From contig JBBDNX010000061.1 in NCBI GenBank assembly GCA_040877345.1, forward strand, positions 1 to 40,652: DNA of 40,652 bases, given 5' to 3'. Both the position numbers and the translations under genes were made by a program. The notes under the pieces are model-generated. The model was given only the letters and a program-made list of their open reading frames with translations. It was not told the DNA's origin and made no database searches. Shown piece after piece: positions 9,548-18,140 of this stretch. Source of the DNA: Pirellulales bacterium (lineage in GTDB: Bacteria; Planctomycetota; Planctomycetia; Pirellulales; JAICIG01). Numbering within the stretch: the first letter of the stretch is position 1; every line of letters starts with the position of its first letter.

Positions 9548-10000
9548 TCAATCCCATACGTATCGTTCATCGAAGTCGATTCTGTGACGTTTGAGCAGCG
9601 CACGCAGCTCGTCCTGAAACGTCATTGTGCGGTGATGCTCTTCCTGGTTCTCGATGTATCGCTTCACGTCGGCCAGGTTAGACTGGCTCACGGAAAACGC
9701 GGCGTAACCGGCTTGCCAACAGAACTCCGCCATTCGTGGTGCTCGCGCCTTCATCCATTTCGAGCTTCCCTTCTTCACCTCCTCGACGATCTTCTTGAGC
9801 GCATGGTTTTTCGAGAGCGAGAATAGGGCGTGCACGTGATCCTCGACGCCGCCTATCGCCACCGCGGGGCTCTCCCATTCCTTGAAAATCCCAGCTTGGT
9901 ACGCGTACAAGGCGTCGCGGTCGGCCTCGCGAATCCAGCGCTGATGGTGCTTTGTGCTGTAAACGAGATGAACCAGGTTCTTCACCAGCGATTGGGACAT
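9548..10000 (-). CDS. REP-associated tyrosine transposase (RAYT, IS200/IS605 TnpA Y1 family)
   Basis: MSQSLVKNLVHLVYSTKHH...VEDHVHALFSL (HUH motif)...WQAGYAAFSVS...YIENQEEHH. I prefer the ATG at 10000 over the ORF-track start at 10090. Confidence 0.85.
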   Translation of the reverse strand: MSQSLVKNLVHLVYSTKHHQRWIREADRDALYAYQAGIFKEWESPAVAIGGVEDHVHALFSLSKNHALKKIVEEVKKGSSKWMKARAPRMAEFCWQAGYAAFSVSQSNLADVKRYIENQEEHHRTMTFQDELRALLKRHRIDFDERYVWD

Positions 10001-10177
10001 GTCTTGGTACTCGAATTCTGTCGCCCTTGAAGTGGCTTGATGCAACTCTTGGCCACAAATGGTTGCCGTCTTCACGTAGGTTGCGGACATTCCGGAGAGG
10101 TGCGCGCGCGACCGAAAGCCCTGTTGACAAAGGTATCGGCGCTGGGCTCGCCCCGATACCGCGCTGCGCGGAGTTCA

Positions 10178-10296
10178 CGCCCCGAAGGGGCCCAACATAC
10201 CAGCCCAGGGCAGAGCGCAGCGGCGTCAGCCGCGCAGCGCCGCCCTGGGAACGTTAGCCCATCCACAAAAGTAGCCCTGAAAGGGCGAAACAAGGT
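10178..10296. repeat. REP-like arm (right), inverted copy of 9385-9500
   Basis: Its reverse complement aligns with the left arm over the full length with about 16 differences (hand alignment). Confidence 0.75.
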
Positions 10297-10365
10297 AAAC
10301 TGCAGGTTCGTTGAATTACCTGCTCCGGCGCGGCCCGAATCCAACTCGCGGATCTTGGATTGATA

Positions 10366-11607
10366 ATGAGTCTATTTGCCGAACAGGAAGCCAGGCGGGT
10401 GCTGTCGGTGGCGGAATTGACGGCGCAGGTCAAGGATCTGCTGGAGACGAGCTTTCCCTCGGTATGGGTCGGCGGCGAGATCTCCAACCTTTCGCGCCCC
10501 CGGTCGGGGCACTGCTACCTCACGCTCAAGGACGATCGGGCGCAACTGCGGGCCGTGCTGTGGCGCACCGCGGCCGAGCGGCTGCGGTTCGAGCTCCAGG
10601 ACGGCTTGGAGGTAGTGTGCCAAGGCGACCTGGAGTTGTACGCCCCCCGCGGCACCTACCAGTTGGTCATCCGCCATATCGAGCCCCGCGGGATCGGCGA
10701 GCTCGAGCTGGCGCTGCGGAAGCTCCGTGAGAAGCTGGCCGCCGAAGGGCTGTTCGACCCGGCGCGTAAACGGCCGCTGCCACGCTTCCCTCGCAAGATC
10801 GCCTTTGTCACCAGCCCCAGCGGAGCCGCGGTCCGCGACTTCCTGGAGGTGCTCCGCCGGCGATGGCGCGGCGTCGACGTGCTGATCGTGCCGGTCCGCG
10901 TGCAAGGCACAGGGGCCGCCGCCGAAATCGCCGCGGGCATCCGGCTGGTACACCGCCTGGCCGACCCGGTCGACGTGCTGGTGGTCGGACGCGGCGGCGG
11001 CAGCCTGGAAGACCTGTGGGCCTTCAACGAGGAAGCCGTGGTGCGGGCGATCCATGGCTCGCGCATCCCGGTGGTCTCCGCCGTGGGGCACGAGATCGAC
11101 GTCACGCTGGCCGACCTGGTGGCCGACGTGCGGGCGCTCACGCCCAGCGAAGCGGCCGAACGCGTCGTGCCGGCCTCCGACGACATCGCGGCCGCCTTGC
11201 GGTCGCACCAGCAGCGGCTGCTATCGGCCCTCGGACGGCGCGCCACGCTCATCCGCACGCGCCTCGATTGGCTGGCCCAACGCCGCGCGCTGGCCCGCCC
11301 ATTCCAGCGCATCCGGGACCTCGAGCGGCGCCTGGACGAGCTGTCGAGCCGCTCGGCCAGGGCCGTGCGCCGTCGGTGGCAAGAGGCCCGTCGGCGAGCC
11401 GCCGCCGGCGCGGCCCGGCTGGAGTCGCTGAGCCCGCTGGCCGTCTTGGGCCGCGGCTACAGCCTGACCCACCGGCTGGCCGACGGCAGCCTGGTCCGGG
11501 ACGGCAGCCAGTTGACGGCGGGCGAGCGGATTGTAACCAGGTTCGACCGCGGGCGAGCCGTCAGCCGAGTGGAAGAGATAGAGCCTGACGGTATCGGAGA
11601 GACCTAA
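10366..11607 (+). CDS. xseA: Exodeoxyribonuclease VII large subunit
   Basis: SVAELTAQVKDLLETSFPSVWVGGEISNLSRPRSGHCYLTLKD (OB fold)...VTSPSGAAVRDF...VVGRGGGSLEDLWAFNEE. ATG at 10366, with an alternative TTG at 10360. Confidence 0.9.
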   Translation: MSLFAEQEARRVLSVAELTAQVKDLLETSFPSVWVGGEISNLSRPRSGHCYLTLKDDRAQLRAVLWRTAAERLRFELQDGLEVVCQGDLELYAPRGTYQLVIRHIEPRGIGELELALRKLREKLAAEGLFDPARKRPLPRFPRKIAFVTSPSGAAVRDFLEVLRRRWRGVDVLIVPVRVQGTGAAAEIAAGIRLVHRLADPVDVLVVGRGGGSLEDLWAFNEEAVVRAIHGSRIPVVSAVGHEIDVTLADLVADVRALTPSEAAERVVPASDDIAAALRSHQQRLLSALGRRATLIRTRLDWLAQRRALARPFQRIRDLERRLDELSSRSARAVRRRWQEARRRAAAGAARLESLSPLAVLGRGYSLTHRLADGSLVRDGSQLTAGERIVTRFDRGRAVSRVEEIEPDGIGET

Positions 11608-11639
11608 TCTGGACTGGAACGTCCAGCTCCTTGATTCGA

Positions 11640-11822
11640 TCAGCGTTCGAGCAGACCCTGATCCTGGAGCCTGCCGAAGACCCGATCGAAGACGCTCATC
11701 TCCGTCGCATCTCGCAGAATGGCATCGATGTCGTCGGATCGGCCAACGGCTGCAATCACGTCGTCGAGGGGAATCGTCCGCGAAGAACCTGCGGCAGGCT
11801 CGTTCTGGATTGTATTGTACAT
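11640..11822 (-). CDS. Hypothetical 60-aa protein antisense to the xseA-xseB spacer (tentative)
   Basis: ATG at 11822 (GTG at 11828 in the ORF track). Third-position G+C is about 70% by hand count, lower than neighbouring genes. No family recognised. Confidence 0.3.
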   Translation of the reverse strand: MYNTIQNEPAAGSSRTIPLDDVIAAVGRSDDIDAILRDATEMSVFDRVFGRLQDQGLLER

Positions 11823-11933
11823 CGCCACGGTTTGTGTTCAACTGTATAGTATTATGCTGCGCATCCCGAGGACAGGTGCAGCTTCGGAAATGACCGCGGC
11901 TGACTGCCTCTGACACGCCCGGGGATTACACGC

Positions 11934-12320
11934 TTGTCTAACGAGAACAAACCGCAGGAGGCCCCCTGTCCGCCCAGCTTCGAGGAGGCGCTGGCCCGGC
12001 TGGAGGCGATCGTCGAGTTGCTCGAAGAGGGCGAGATCGGCCTGGCCGACGCGCTCGCCCGGTACGAGGAAGGGGTTGCACTGCTCAAGCAGTGCTACGG
12101 CCTCTTGGAACACGCCGAGCGGCGGATCGAGCTGCTCAGCGGCGTCGATGCTCAAGGCAACCCCATCACGGCCCCATTCGACGATTCCGCGTCACTGGAT
12201 GCTGACCCGAATGGCCCGTCGGCCACCCGGCGGAGGGCCGGCACGGCGGCACGGCCGAAGCCGCGGCCCGAGCCTCCGGCCCCCCAGGCCGACATAGACG
12301 CGGAACGGGGCCTGTTTTAG
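11934..12320 (+). CDS. xseB: Exodeoxyribonuclease VII small subunit with a long Pro/Arg-rich C-terminal tail
   Basis: SFEEALARLEAIVELLEEGEIGLADALARYEEGVALLKQCYGLLEHAERRIELL is the XseB helical hairpin. The extra ~50 aa tail is low complexity. Confidence 0.85.
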   Translation: MSNENKPQEAPCPPSFEEALARLEAIVELLEEGEIGLADALARYEEGVALLKQCYGLLEHAERRIELLSGVDAQGNPITAPFDDSASLDADPNGPSATRRRAGTAARPKPRPEPPAPQADIDAERGLF

Positions 12321-12409
12321 AATGGCGGGGGTCGCGGCGCCATGGCGGCGGATAGGGCCGGGTGCTGTCGGCGGGCAGAGCTATCCAATGGCCAAGGTCT
12401 TCGCCGGTG

Positions 12410-13342
12410 ATGGTACAAAGCCCGTCGTCCTCCCTCCAGCGGTACGCGACCGACGTGCGTCCGCGAATCGAGCAGGCATTGGAAGCTTATACCCGCTTCG
12501 GACCCGGCTGCCCGCAGCCGCTGGCCGAGGCGATCCGCTACAGCTTGTTGGCCCCCGGCAAGCGTTTACGCCCGCTCTTGGTGTTAATGGCTGCCGAGGC
12601 CTGCGGTGGAAACATAGAGCCTTCGCTTCCCGCCGCGTGCGCCGTGGAGATGGTCCACGCCTACTCGTTGGTGCACGACGACCTGCCGGCCATGGACGAC
12701 GACGACCTGCGGCGGGGGCGGCCGACCAGCCACAAGGTGTTCGGCGAGGCAACCGCCATCCTGGCCGGCGATGCGCTGCTCAGCATGGCTTTCGAGGTGC
12801 TGGCCCGCGACACGCGGCCGGCGGAAGTGGCGGCGGCCTGCTGCGCGGCCCTGGCCCAGGCGGCCGGCCCGGCTGCCTTGGTCGGTGGGCAGGCCGACGA
12901 CCTGGAGGCAGGGGGCGGCACTGCCGCGGCGATGCCGGAAGATATAGAAGATATAACCGAGCGGCTGGCGGTGCTCGAATCGATTCATCAGCGTAAGACC
13001 GGGGCGATGTTCCTGGTGTCGCTGAAGTTGGGGGCGTTGACGGCGGGGGGCGACTCGCGGCAGATCAAAGCGCTGGACGAGTATGGCCGAAGGTTGGGGC
13101 TGGCCTTCCAGATCATGGACGACCTGCTCGACGTGAACGGAGACGAGACGGCAATGGGCAAACGCGTTGGCAAGGATGCGGATCGGGGAAAGCTGACTTT
13201 TCCTGCTTTGCTGGGGGCCGGCGAAAGCCGCGCACGGGCCGGGCGGCTGGTCGCCGAGGCCTGCGACGCGCTGGCGCCGCTGGGCCCGCCAGCCGAGGGA
13301 CTGGTCATGCTGGCTCGATACGTGGTGGAAAGGGACCGTTGA
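12410..13342 (+). CDS. ispA: (2E,6E)-farnesyl diphosphate synthase-type polyprenyl synthetase
   Basis: FARM motif HAYSLVHDDLPAMDDDDLRRGRPT and SARM motif FQIMDDLLDV. I prefer the ATG at 12410 over the GTG at 12362. Confidence 0.85.
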   Translation: MVQSPSSSLQRYATDVRPRIEQALEAYTRFGPGCPQPLAEAIRYSLLAPGKRLRPLLVLMAAEACGGNIEPSLPAACAVEMVHAYSLVHDDLPAMDDDDLRRGRPTSHKVFGEATAILAGDALLSMAFEVLARDTRPAEVAAACCAALAQAAGPAALVGGQADDLEAGGGTAAAMPEDIEDITERLAVLESIHQRKTGAMFLVSLKLGALTAGGDSRQIKALDEYGRRLGLAFQIMDDLLDVNGDETAMGKRVGKDADRGKLTFPALLGAGESRARAGRLVAEACDALAPLGPPAEGLVMLARYVVERDR

Positions 13343-15255
13343 TGCACGAGTTGCTGTCCAAAATCGAGTCGCCGCGCGACCTGCAGTCGTTCACGCTGGC
13401 CGAGTTGGAGCAACTGGCCGGCGAAATGCGCGAAGCGCTGTGCAACCTGGTGTCCAACCGCACGGCACACTTCGCCTCGAACCTGGGCGTGATCGAGCTG
13501 TGCCTGGCCCTGCACACCAGCTTCGACTTCAGCCGCGATCGCCTGATCTGGGACACCGGCCATCAGATCTACCCGCACAAGTTGATCACCGGCCGCTATC
13601 ACGAGTTCGGGACCATGCGGATCAAGGGGGGCCTGATGGGCTACCCCAATCCCCACGAGAGCGACTACGACCTGTTCATGACCGGGCACGCCGGCTGCAG
13701 CGTTTCGGCCGTCCTGGGGCTGAAGACCGGCGACGATCTTTTGCGCGGCGAGGAGGACCGGCACGCCGTGGCGGTGATCGGCGACGGTGCGCTCCCCTCG
13801 GGCATCGTGTTCGAAGCCTTGAACAACGCCGGCGGCATGAAGAAGCGGCTGCTGGTGATCCTCAACGACAACAAAATGTCGATCTGCCCGCGCGTCGGAG
13901 GGCTGGCCGACTACCTGGACCGCCTGCGGATGAACCCGTTGTACACCGGGCTGAAGCAGGAAGTGGTCAAGGCGCTGGCCCGCGTGCCGCTGCTGGGCGA
14001 TCCGGTCGAGCGCCTGCTCTGGCAGGCCAAGGAATCGATCAAGGCCGGCCTGCACGGCGGAATGCTGTTCGAGGAGCTGGGCCTGCGCTACATGGGTCCG
14101 ATCGACGGCCACAACATCGGGCAATTGCGCAAGTACCTCAAGCTGGTCAAGGACGTTGAGGGGCCGGTGCTGCTGCACGTGGTGACCGAGAAGGGGCACG
14201 GTTTCAAGCCGGCCGCCGAAGACCCCGTGTTCTTCCATACTCCGGCGCCCTTCCAGCGCGATTCCAACGGAGCGGTGTCGGTCAAGAAATCATCCTCGCG
14301 CAGTTACACCAACGTGGCCAGCGAAGCCATCCATGCCGAGATGCAGCGCAGCCCGCGCGTCACCACCTTGACGGCGGCCATGTGCCAGGGGAACAACCTG
14401 GAAAGCGTCCGCAACGACTTCCCCCAGCGGTTCTTCGATACCGGCATTTGCGAGGCGCACGCCGTGGCATTCGCCGCCGGCCAGGCCAAGGCGGGCCTGC
14501 GGCCGATCGTCGACATCTACAGCACCTTCCTGCAGCGGACCTACGATCAGATCTTCCAGGAGGTGACGCTGCAGAACCTGCCGGTCACCTTCATGCTCGA
14601 CCGCGCCGGGCTCACCGGCCCCGACGGACCGACGCACCACGGCATGTTCGACCTCGGCTACATGCGGCTGCTGCCCAACATGGTGGTCATGGCCCCCGGC
14701 GACGAATACGACCTGGCTCCCATGCTCAGCTTTGCACTGGGGCATAACGGTCCGGCCTCGCTGCGCTACCCCAAGGCCGCCAGCGAACGGCACGACCGCC
14801 CGCTGGCCCCCATCGAGCTGGGCCGTGCCGAAGTCATCGACTGGGGCCACGACGGCATGTTGATCGCTTGCGGCACGCTGTTGGCCGGTGCGATCAAGGC
14901 GGCCGCGGCCCTGCGGCAGGAGGGCCTCGACGTGGGCGTGATCAATGCCCGCTTTGTCAAGCCGCTGGACACCGAGACGATCTTGCGGGCCATCGAGTCG
15001 TGCTCGTTCGTGCTCACCGTCGAAGAAGCGGCCCTGCTGGGGGGCTTTGGCAGCGCGGTGCTGGAGGCGGCCTCGGATGCCGGGGTGGCGGCGGGCCACG
15101 TCGGCCGGCTGGGCATACCCGACCGCTTCATCGAGCATGGCGATCGGGGCGAATTGCTGGCCGACCTGGGACTCGATGCCAAGGGGATCGCCGAGGCGGC
15201 CCGCGCCCAGGCGGCCCGCGTGGCTCTGCCCGGCACGAGCCGCCGCGTCAGCTAG
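13342..15255 (+). CDS. dxs: 1-deoxy-D-xylulose-5-phosphate synthase
   Basis: The ATG at 13342 overlaps the ispA stop (ATGA). WDTGHQIYPHKLITGR, VIGDGALPSGIVFEALN and FDTGICEAHAV are Dxs/transketolase-like motifs. Confidence 0.95.
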   Translation: MHELLSKIESPRDLQSFTLAELEQLAGEMREALCNLVSNRTAHFASNLGVIELCLALHTSFDFSRDRLIWDTGHQIYPHKLITGRYHEFGTMRIKGGLMGYPNPHESDYDLFMTGHAGCSVSAVLGLKTGDDLLRGEEDRHAVAVIGDGALPSGIVFEALNNAGGMKKRLLVILNDNKMSICPRVGGLADYLDRLRMNPLYTGLKQEVVKALARVPLLGDPVERLLWQAKESIKAGLHGGMLFEELGLRYMGPIDGHNIGQLRKYLKLVKDVEGPVLLHVVTEKGHGFKPAAEDPVFFHTPAPFQRDSNGAVSVKKSSSRSYTNVASEAIHAEMQRSPRVTTLTAAMCQGNNLESVRNDFPQRFFDTGICEAHAVAFAAGQAKAGLRPIVDIYSTFLQRTYDQIFQEVTLQNLPVTFMLDRAGLTGPDGPTHHGMFDLGYMRLLPNMVVMAPGDEYDLAPMLSFALGHNGPASLRYPKAASERHDRPLAPIELGRAEVIDWGHDGMLIACGTLLAGAIKAAAALRQEGLDVGVINARFVKPLDTETILRAIESCSFVLTVEEAALLGGFGSAVLEAASDAGVAAGHVGRLGIPDRFIEHGDRGELLADLGLDAKGIAEAARAQAARVALPGTSRRVS

Positions 15256-15367
15256 GCGCGGCTTGAAGGGGCAGCCGCTGTGACTCTATCATCTGGCGTA
15301 TTGGGTCCGTTCACCTTGTCGCCTGGTCCGTTGGTCCGCCGAAGGTGGATCGCCTTGTCGTGATCCG

Positions 15368-16294
15368 ATGGGTACTTCCACTTATTCGCCCCGCCTGCCC
15401 GATCGCCCGCGCGTGATGGTGCTGGGATCGGGCGACAGGCCGCACGTAGCGGCCGAGGCCGAGCGCCTGCGCGACGTGATCGAACAGTGCGCCGAGGTGG
15501 TGGCCTGGGACCTGAGTTTCACGGCCGACCTGAGCGGCGTGGATGCGGACCTGGCGATCGTGCTGGGCGGAGACGGCTCGATCCTGCGTGCCGCACATCA
15601 GATGGGGTATCGCCAGGCGCCGGTGGTCGGCGTCAACCTGGGCAAGCTGGGTTTCCTGGCCGATCTTTCTCCCGCTGACTTGCGAGGACTGATGCCCGAC
15701 ATCTGCGCGGGCCGGTTTCGGGTGGTCGAGCACCTGATGTTCGAGTGTTCGCTTGGGCGAGTGGGGGTATCGGCGAGCCTGGAGGTGCCCGGGCCGCGCA
15801 GGGAGGTTTGGCGGCAACTCGGCTTGAACGAGACCGCGGTGATGGCAGGCGCGCCGTTTGCCATGCTGGAAGTGCATCTCTACGTTGACTCGGAATTGGT
15901 GACTACCTATAGTTGCGACGGCCTGATCGTCAGCACTCCCGTCGGCTCGACCGCGCACAGCCTTTCGGCCGGAGGACCGATCCTGCGGAAGGACCTGCAG
16001 GCATTTGTCATTTCGCCGATCAGCCCGCACACACTGACCAATCGCCCGGTGGTCGATTCCGCCGAGCGCACCTACGAAATGGTGGTGCCCTGCCCGCACG
16101 AGGGGACTTCGTTGGTGGTCGATGGCCGCGTGCTGGGCAGGCTGGAGGCGGGCGACCGCGTGCGAATCGAGCGGGCCGAACCGAGGTTCAAGCTGGTCGA
16201 GGTGCCGGGTCGTGGTTACTACCGGACGCTCCGCGAAAAGCTGGGGTGGGGAGGCAGTTTGCAACTGGGTGGCGATTCACCTTCTGTAGCGTAG
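15368..16294 (+). CDS. nadK: NAD+ kinase
   Basis: DLAIVLGGDGSILRAA, GVNLGKLGFLAD, NETAV and CDGLIVSTPVGSTAHSLSAGGPIL. Confidence 0.9.
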   Translation: MGTSTYSPRLPDRPRVMVLGSGDRPHVAAEAERLRDVIEQCAEVVAWDLSFTADLSGVDADLAIVLGGDGSILRAAHQMGYRQAPVVGVNLGKLGFLADLSPADLRGLMPDICAGRFRVVEHLMFECSLGRVGVSASLEVPGPRREVWRQLGLNETAVMAGAPFAMLEVHLYVDSELVTTYSCDGLIVSTPVGSTAHSLSAGGPILRKDLQAFVISPISPHTLTNRPVVDSAERTYEMVVPCPHEGTSLVVDGRVLGRLEAGDRVRIERAEPRFKLVEVPGRGYYRTLREKLGWGGSLQLGGDSPSVA

Positions 16295-16331
16295 GCTTCC
16301 AGCCTGCGAGTAGCGTCGGCTTCCAGCCTGC
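16286..16331. repeat. Two-copy tandem repeat, 22-nt unit, 24-nt period
   Basis: gtagcgtaggcttccagcctgc (16286-16307) and gtagcgtcggcttccagcctgc (16310-16331) differ at 1 position. Copy 1 contains the nadK stop codon (16292-16294). Confidence 0.8.
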
Positions 16332-16386
16332 CGGTGCAGACGAGCGTTGGTCCGCGATGAGAACTCGAAAGGAAGCGAGTGACTCG

Positions 16387-17346
16387 ATGAAAACACGGAT
16401 GTTGCTATCTTGGGCGGCCTGCGCCTGCCTGGTCACGACCGATCTCCAGGCCGCTGACGACGCCTCGGCGACCACGACTGACCAGGCGGCTGAATCGAGC
16501 CGGCAGAAATATCTGCTGCGATACAAGTTCGAGGCGGGCGAGACGATCCGCTGGGAAGTGGTGCACCAGGCCCAGATCCGCACCACCGTGTCCGGCACGA
16601 CGCAAACGGCCGAGACCCTGAGCAAGTCGATCAAGGTCTGGCAAGTGGCCTCGGTCGACGACCAGGGGCAGGCGGTGTTCGTGCACTCGGTCGAGAGCGT
16701 CGACATGCGCCAGAAACTGACCGGGCGGCAGGAGGTGCGTTACAACAGCCTCACCGAATCGAGTCCGCCGGAAGGGTTTGCCGACGTGGCGGACGCCGTG
16801 GGCGTTCCATTGGCGACGATCACGCTCGACGCCCTGGGCAACGTCGTCCGCCGCGAGCATCAGCGGCCCAAGACCAGCGCCAGTGCCGGGATGATCACGA
16901 TCCCTCTGCCCGACGAACCGGTTGCCGTCGGTCACGAATGGTTCTTGCCAGCCGACGTGCAAGTGAGCCTGAAGGAGGGGGGCTTCAAGAAGATCAAGAC
17001 GCGCCAGCGATTCACTCTCGTGGAGGTCGACGACGGCCTGGCCACGATCCGGGTCGAGACGCAGGTGCTCTCGCCCGTTCGCGACCCCAACATCGAGGCG
17101 CAGTTGATCCAGACCGAGTCGAACGGCACGGCCCGCTTCGACATCTCCGCCGGCCGCATTGTTTCCCAGCAGACCGACGTCGACAAGCGGGTGCACGGCG
17201 CGCCGAACGAAGCGAGCAGCCTGCACTGTCTGACCCGTTTCACCGAGAAGCTGCTGCCGGCCCCCGCGCAGACCACGCGCCGCCCGCAGCCTGCCGGCCC
17301 TGCGCCTCCGCCGAGTGCCTCCACCGGCGGCGCCACCGTCCGCTGA
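16387..17346 (+). CDS. Secreted hypothetical protein (signal peptide MKTRMLLSWAACACLVTTDLQA/AD)
   Basis: The coding bias is clear. The ATG at 16387 follows aggaag, with an alternative ATG at 16357. No family recognised. Confidence 0.6.
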   Translation: MKTRMLLSWAACACLVTTDLQAADDASATTTDQAAESSRQKYLLRYKFEAGETIRWEVVHQAQIRTTVSGTTQTAETLSKSIKVWQVASVDDQGQAVFVHSVESVDMRQKLTGRQEVRYNSLTESSPPEGFADVADAVGVPLATITLDALGNVVRREHQRPKTSASAGMITIPLPDEPVAVGHEWFLPADVQVSLKEGGFKKIKTRQRFTLVEVDDGLATIRVETQVLSPVRDPNIEAQLIQTESNGTARFDISAGRIVSQQTDVDKRVHGAPNEASSLHCLTRFTEKLLPAPAQTTRRPQPAGPAPPPSASTGGATVR

Positions 17347-17348
17347 AC

Positions 17349-17401
17349 CGGCGGGCACGCCCTGGGGCAGACAAGGCGCAAATGCTGTCTTCTGCCCGCC
17401 G
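17349..17401 (+). terminator. Terminator-like stem-loop after the secreted-protein gene
   Basis: cggcgggca (17349-17357) pairs with tgcccgccg (17393-17401), with an inner imperfect stem gcagaca/tgtcttctgc. There is no T-run. Confidence 0.3.
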
Positions 17402-17626
17402 ATCTGGTATCCTGGGGGTGCTCCTGGTGGAGGCGTGCCATGGCCCTCTTCTATTTGTCTTCCATTGCGCTTGCGGCAATTCTGCTGGCTGTGGCGATCG
17501 TAGTTGGCCGCAGCCGACTCGGAGCAGGCGGGGTGTGCTGGCTGGCGCTTGCCGCGGCCGTGGTGTCCTGCCTGGGGTTTTGGCCGGCTCTGTTTCTGCA
17601 ACCGGATCGGATACGTCCAGGGGCCG

Positions 17627-18058
17627 ATGCGCGTGGCCGGGTTTCAGTCGCATCGTTTCCTGGCGGTTCCCAGGCTGCCCTCGAAAGACCAGGCAAATGC
17701 CCAGTGGCAAGTGAGCCGGCTGGAGCTGGTGAGCCTGCTCAAGCACGATCTGCCCGTGGCCTATGTATCCAGGCTGCTTCCCCGGATGGACCAGTTGGCC
17801 GACAGTCCGACCCGAACCTTGGACGACTTTGAAAAAAGGGCGCTTGAGCGGTTGCGGCACGATGAAGACCTGGTGATCCAGGACGGTGTGCAGCGTATCC
17901 GCATGGTCGGTTCGATCCGCGCCGCAAAGGACTGTCTCGACTGCCACTCGGTTGATCGCGGCCATCTGCTCGGCGCCTTCACGTATGAACTTGTTCCCGA
18001 ACAGCCACGAGGCAAGCGGCCGGCAGAAACATCCGCCCGCCCGCCCCCACCGCTTTGA
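17627..18058 (+). CDS. CXXCH-motif protein (DUF3365-like?), probably the 3' part of a frameshifted gene that starts at 17440
   Basis: RMVGSIRAAKDCLDCHSVDRGHLLGAFTYEL contains CLDCH. The in-frame ATGs at 17504 and 17627 lack a good SD, whereas a GGAGG-6nt-ATG start at 17440 opens a two-helix membrane N-terminus in the adjacent frame. Confidence 0.5.
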   Translation: MRVAGFQSHRFLAVPRLPSKDQANAQWQVSRLELVSLLKHDLPVAYVSRLLPRMDQLADSPTRTLDDFEKRALERLRHDEDLVIQDGVQRIRMVGSIRAAKDCLDCHSVDRGHLLGAFTYELVPEQPRGKRPAETSARPPPPL

Positions 18059-18140
18059 GCTTGATGGAGAAACAACGGCCTTAGCTCTCGTGAGCCACAA
18101 CGGGCCCGCGAGCGCGAATCCCGAAAGAGGTTTTCGATCC

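Larger units (their letters stand above)
9385..10296 (-). mobile_element. REPtron-like unit: RAYT gene flanked by inverted REP arms
   Basis: The tyrosine-transposase gene is bracketed by inverted structured repeats. G+C is visibly lower here than in the flanks. The unit sits between the DUF374 gene and xseA. Confidence 0.65.

Noticed and set aside
9227-10363. Short ORFs crossing the REP arms (9227-9514 -, 9315-9587 +, 9343-9594 +, 10037-10363 +, 10072-10344 -).
   Set aside because: They are translations of the inverted repeat arms (ALKGRN..., PRALPWA...-type strings). The same DNA reads open on both strands, so these are repeat artefacts rather than genes.
16286-16331. Possible CRISPR-like array.
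   Set aside because: There are only two copies, with a 2-nt gap between units, no spacers and no cas genes. It is a simple tandem duplication.
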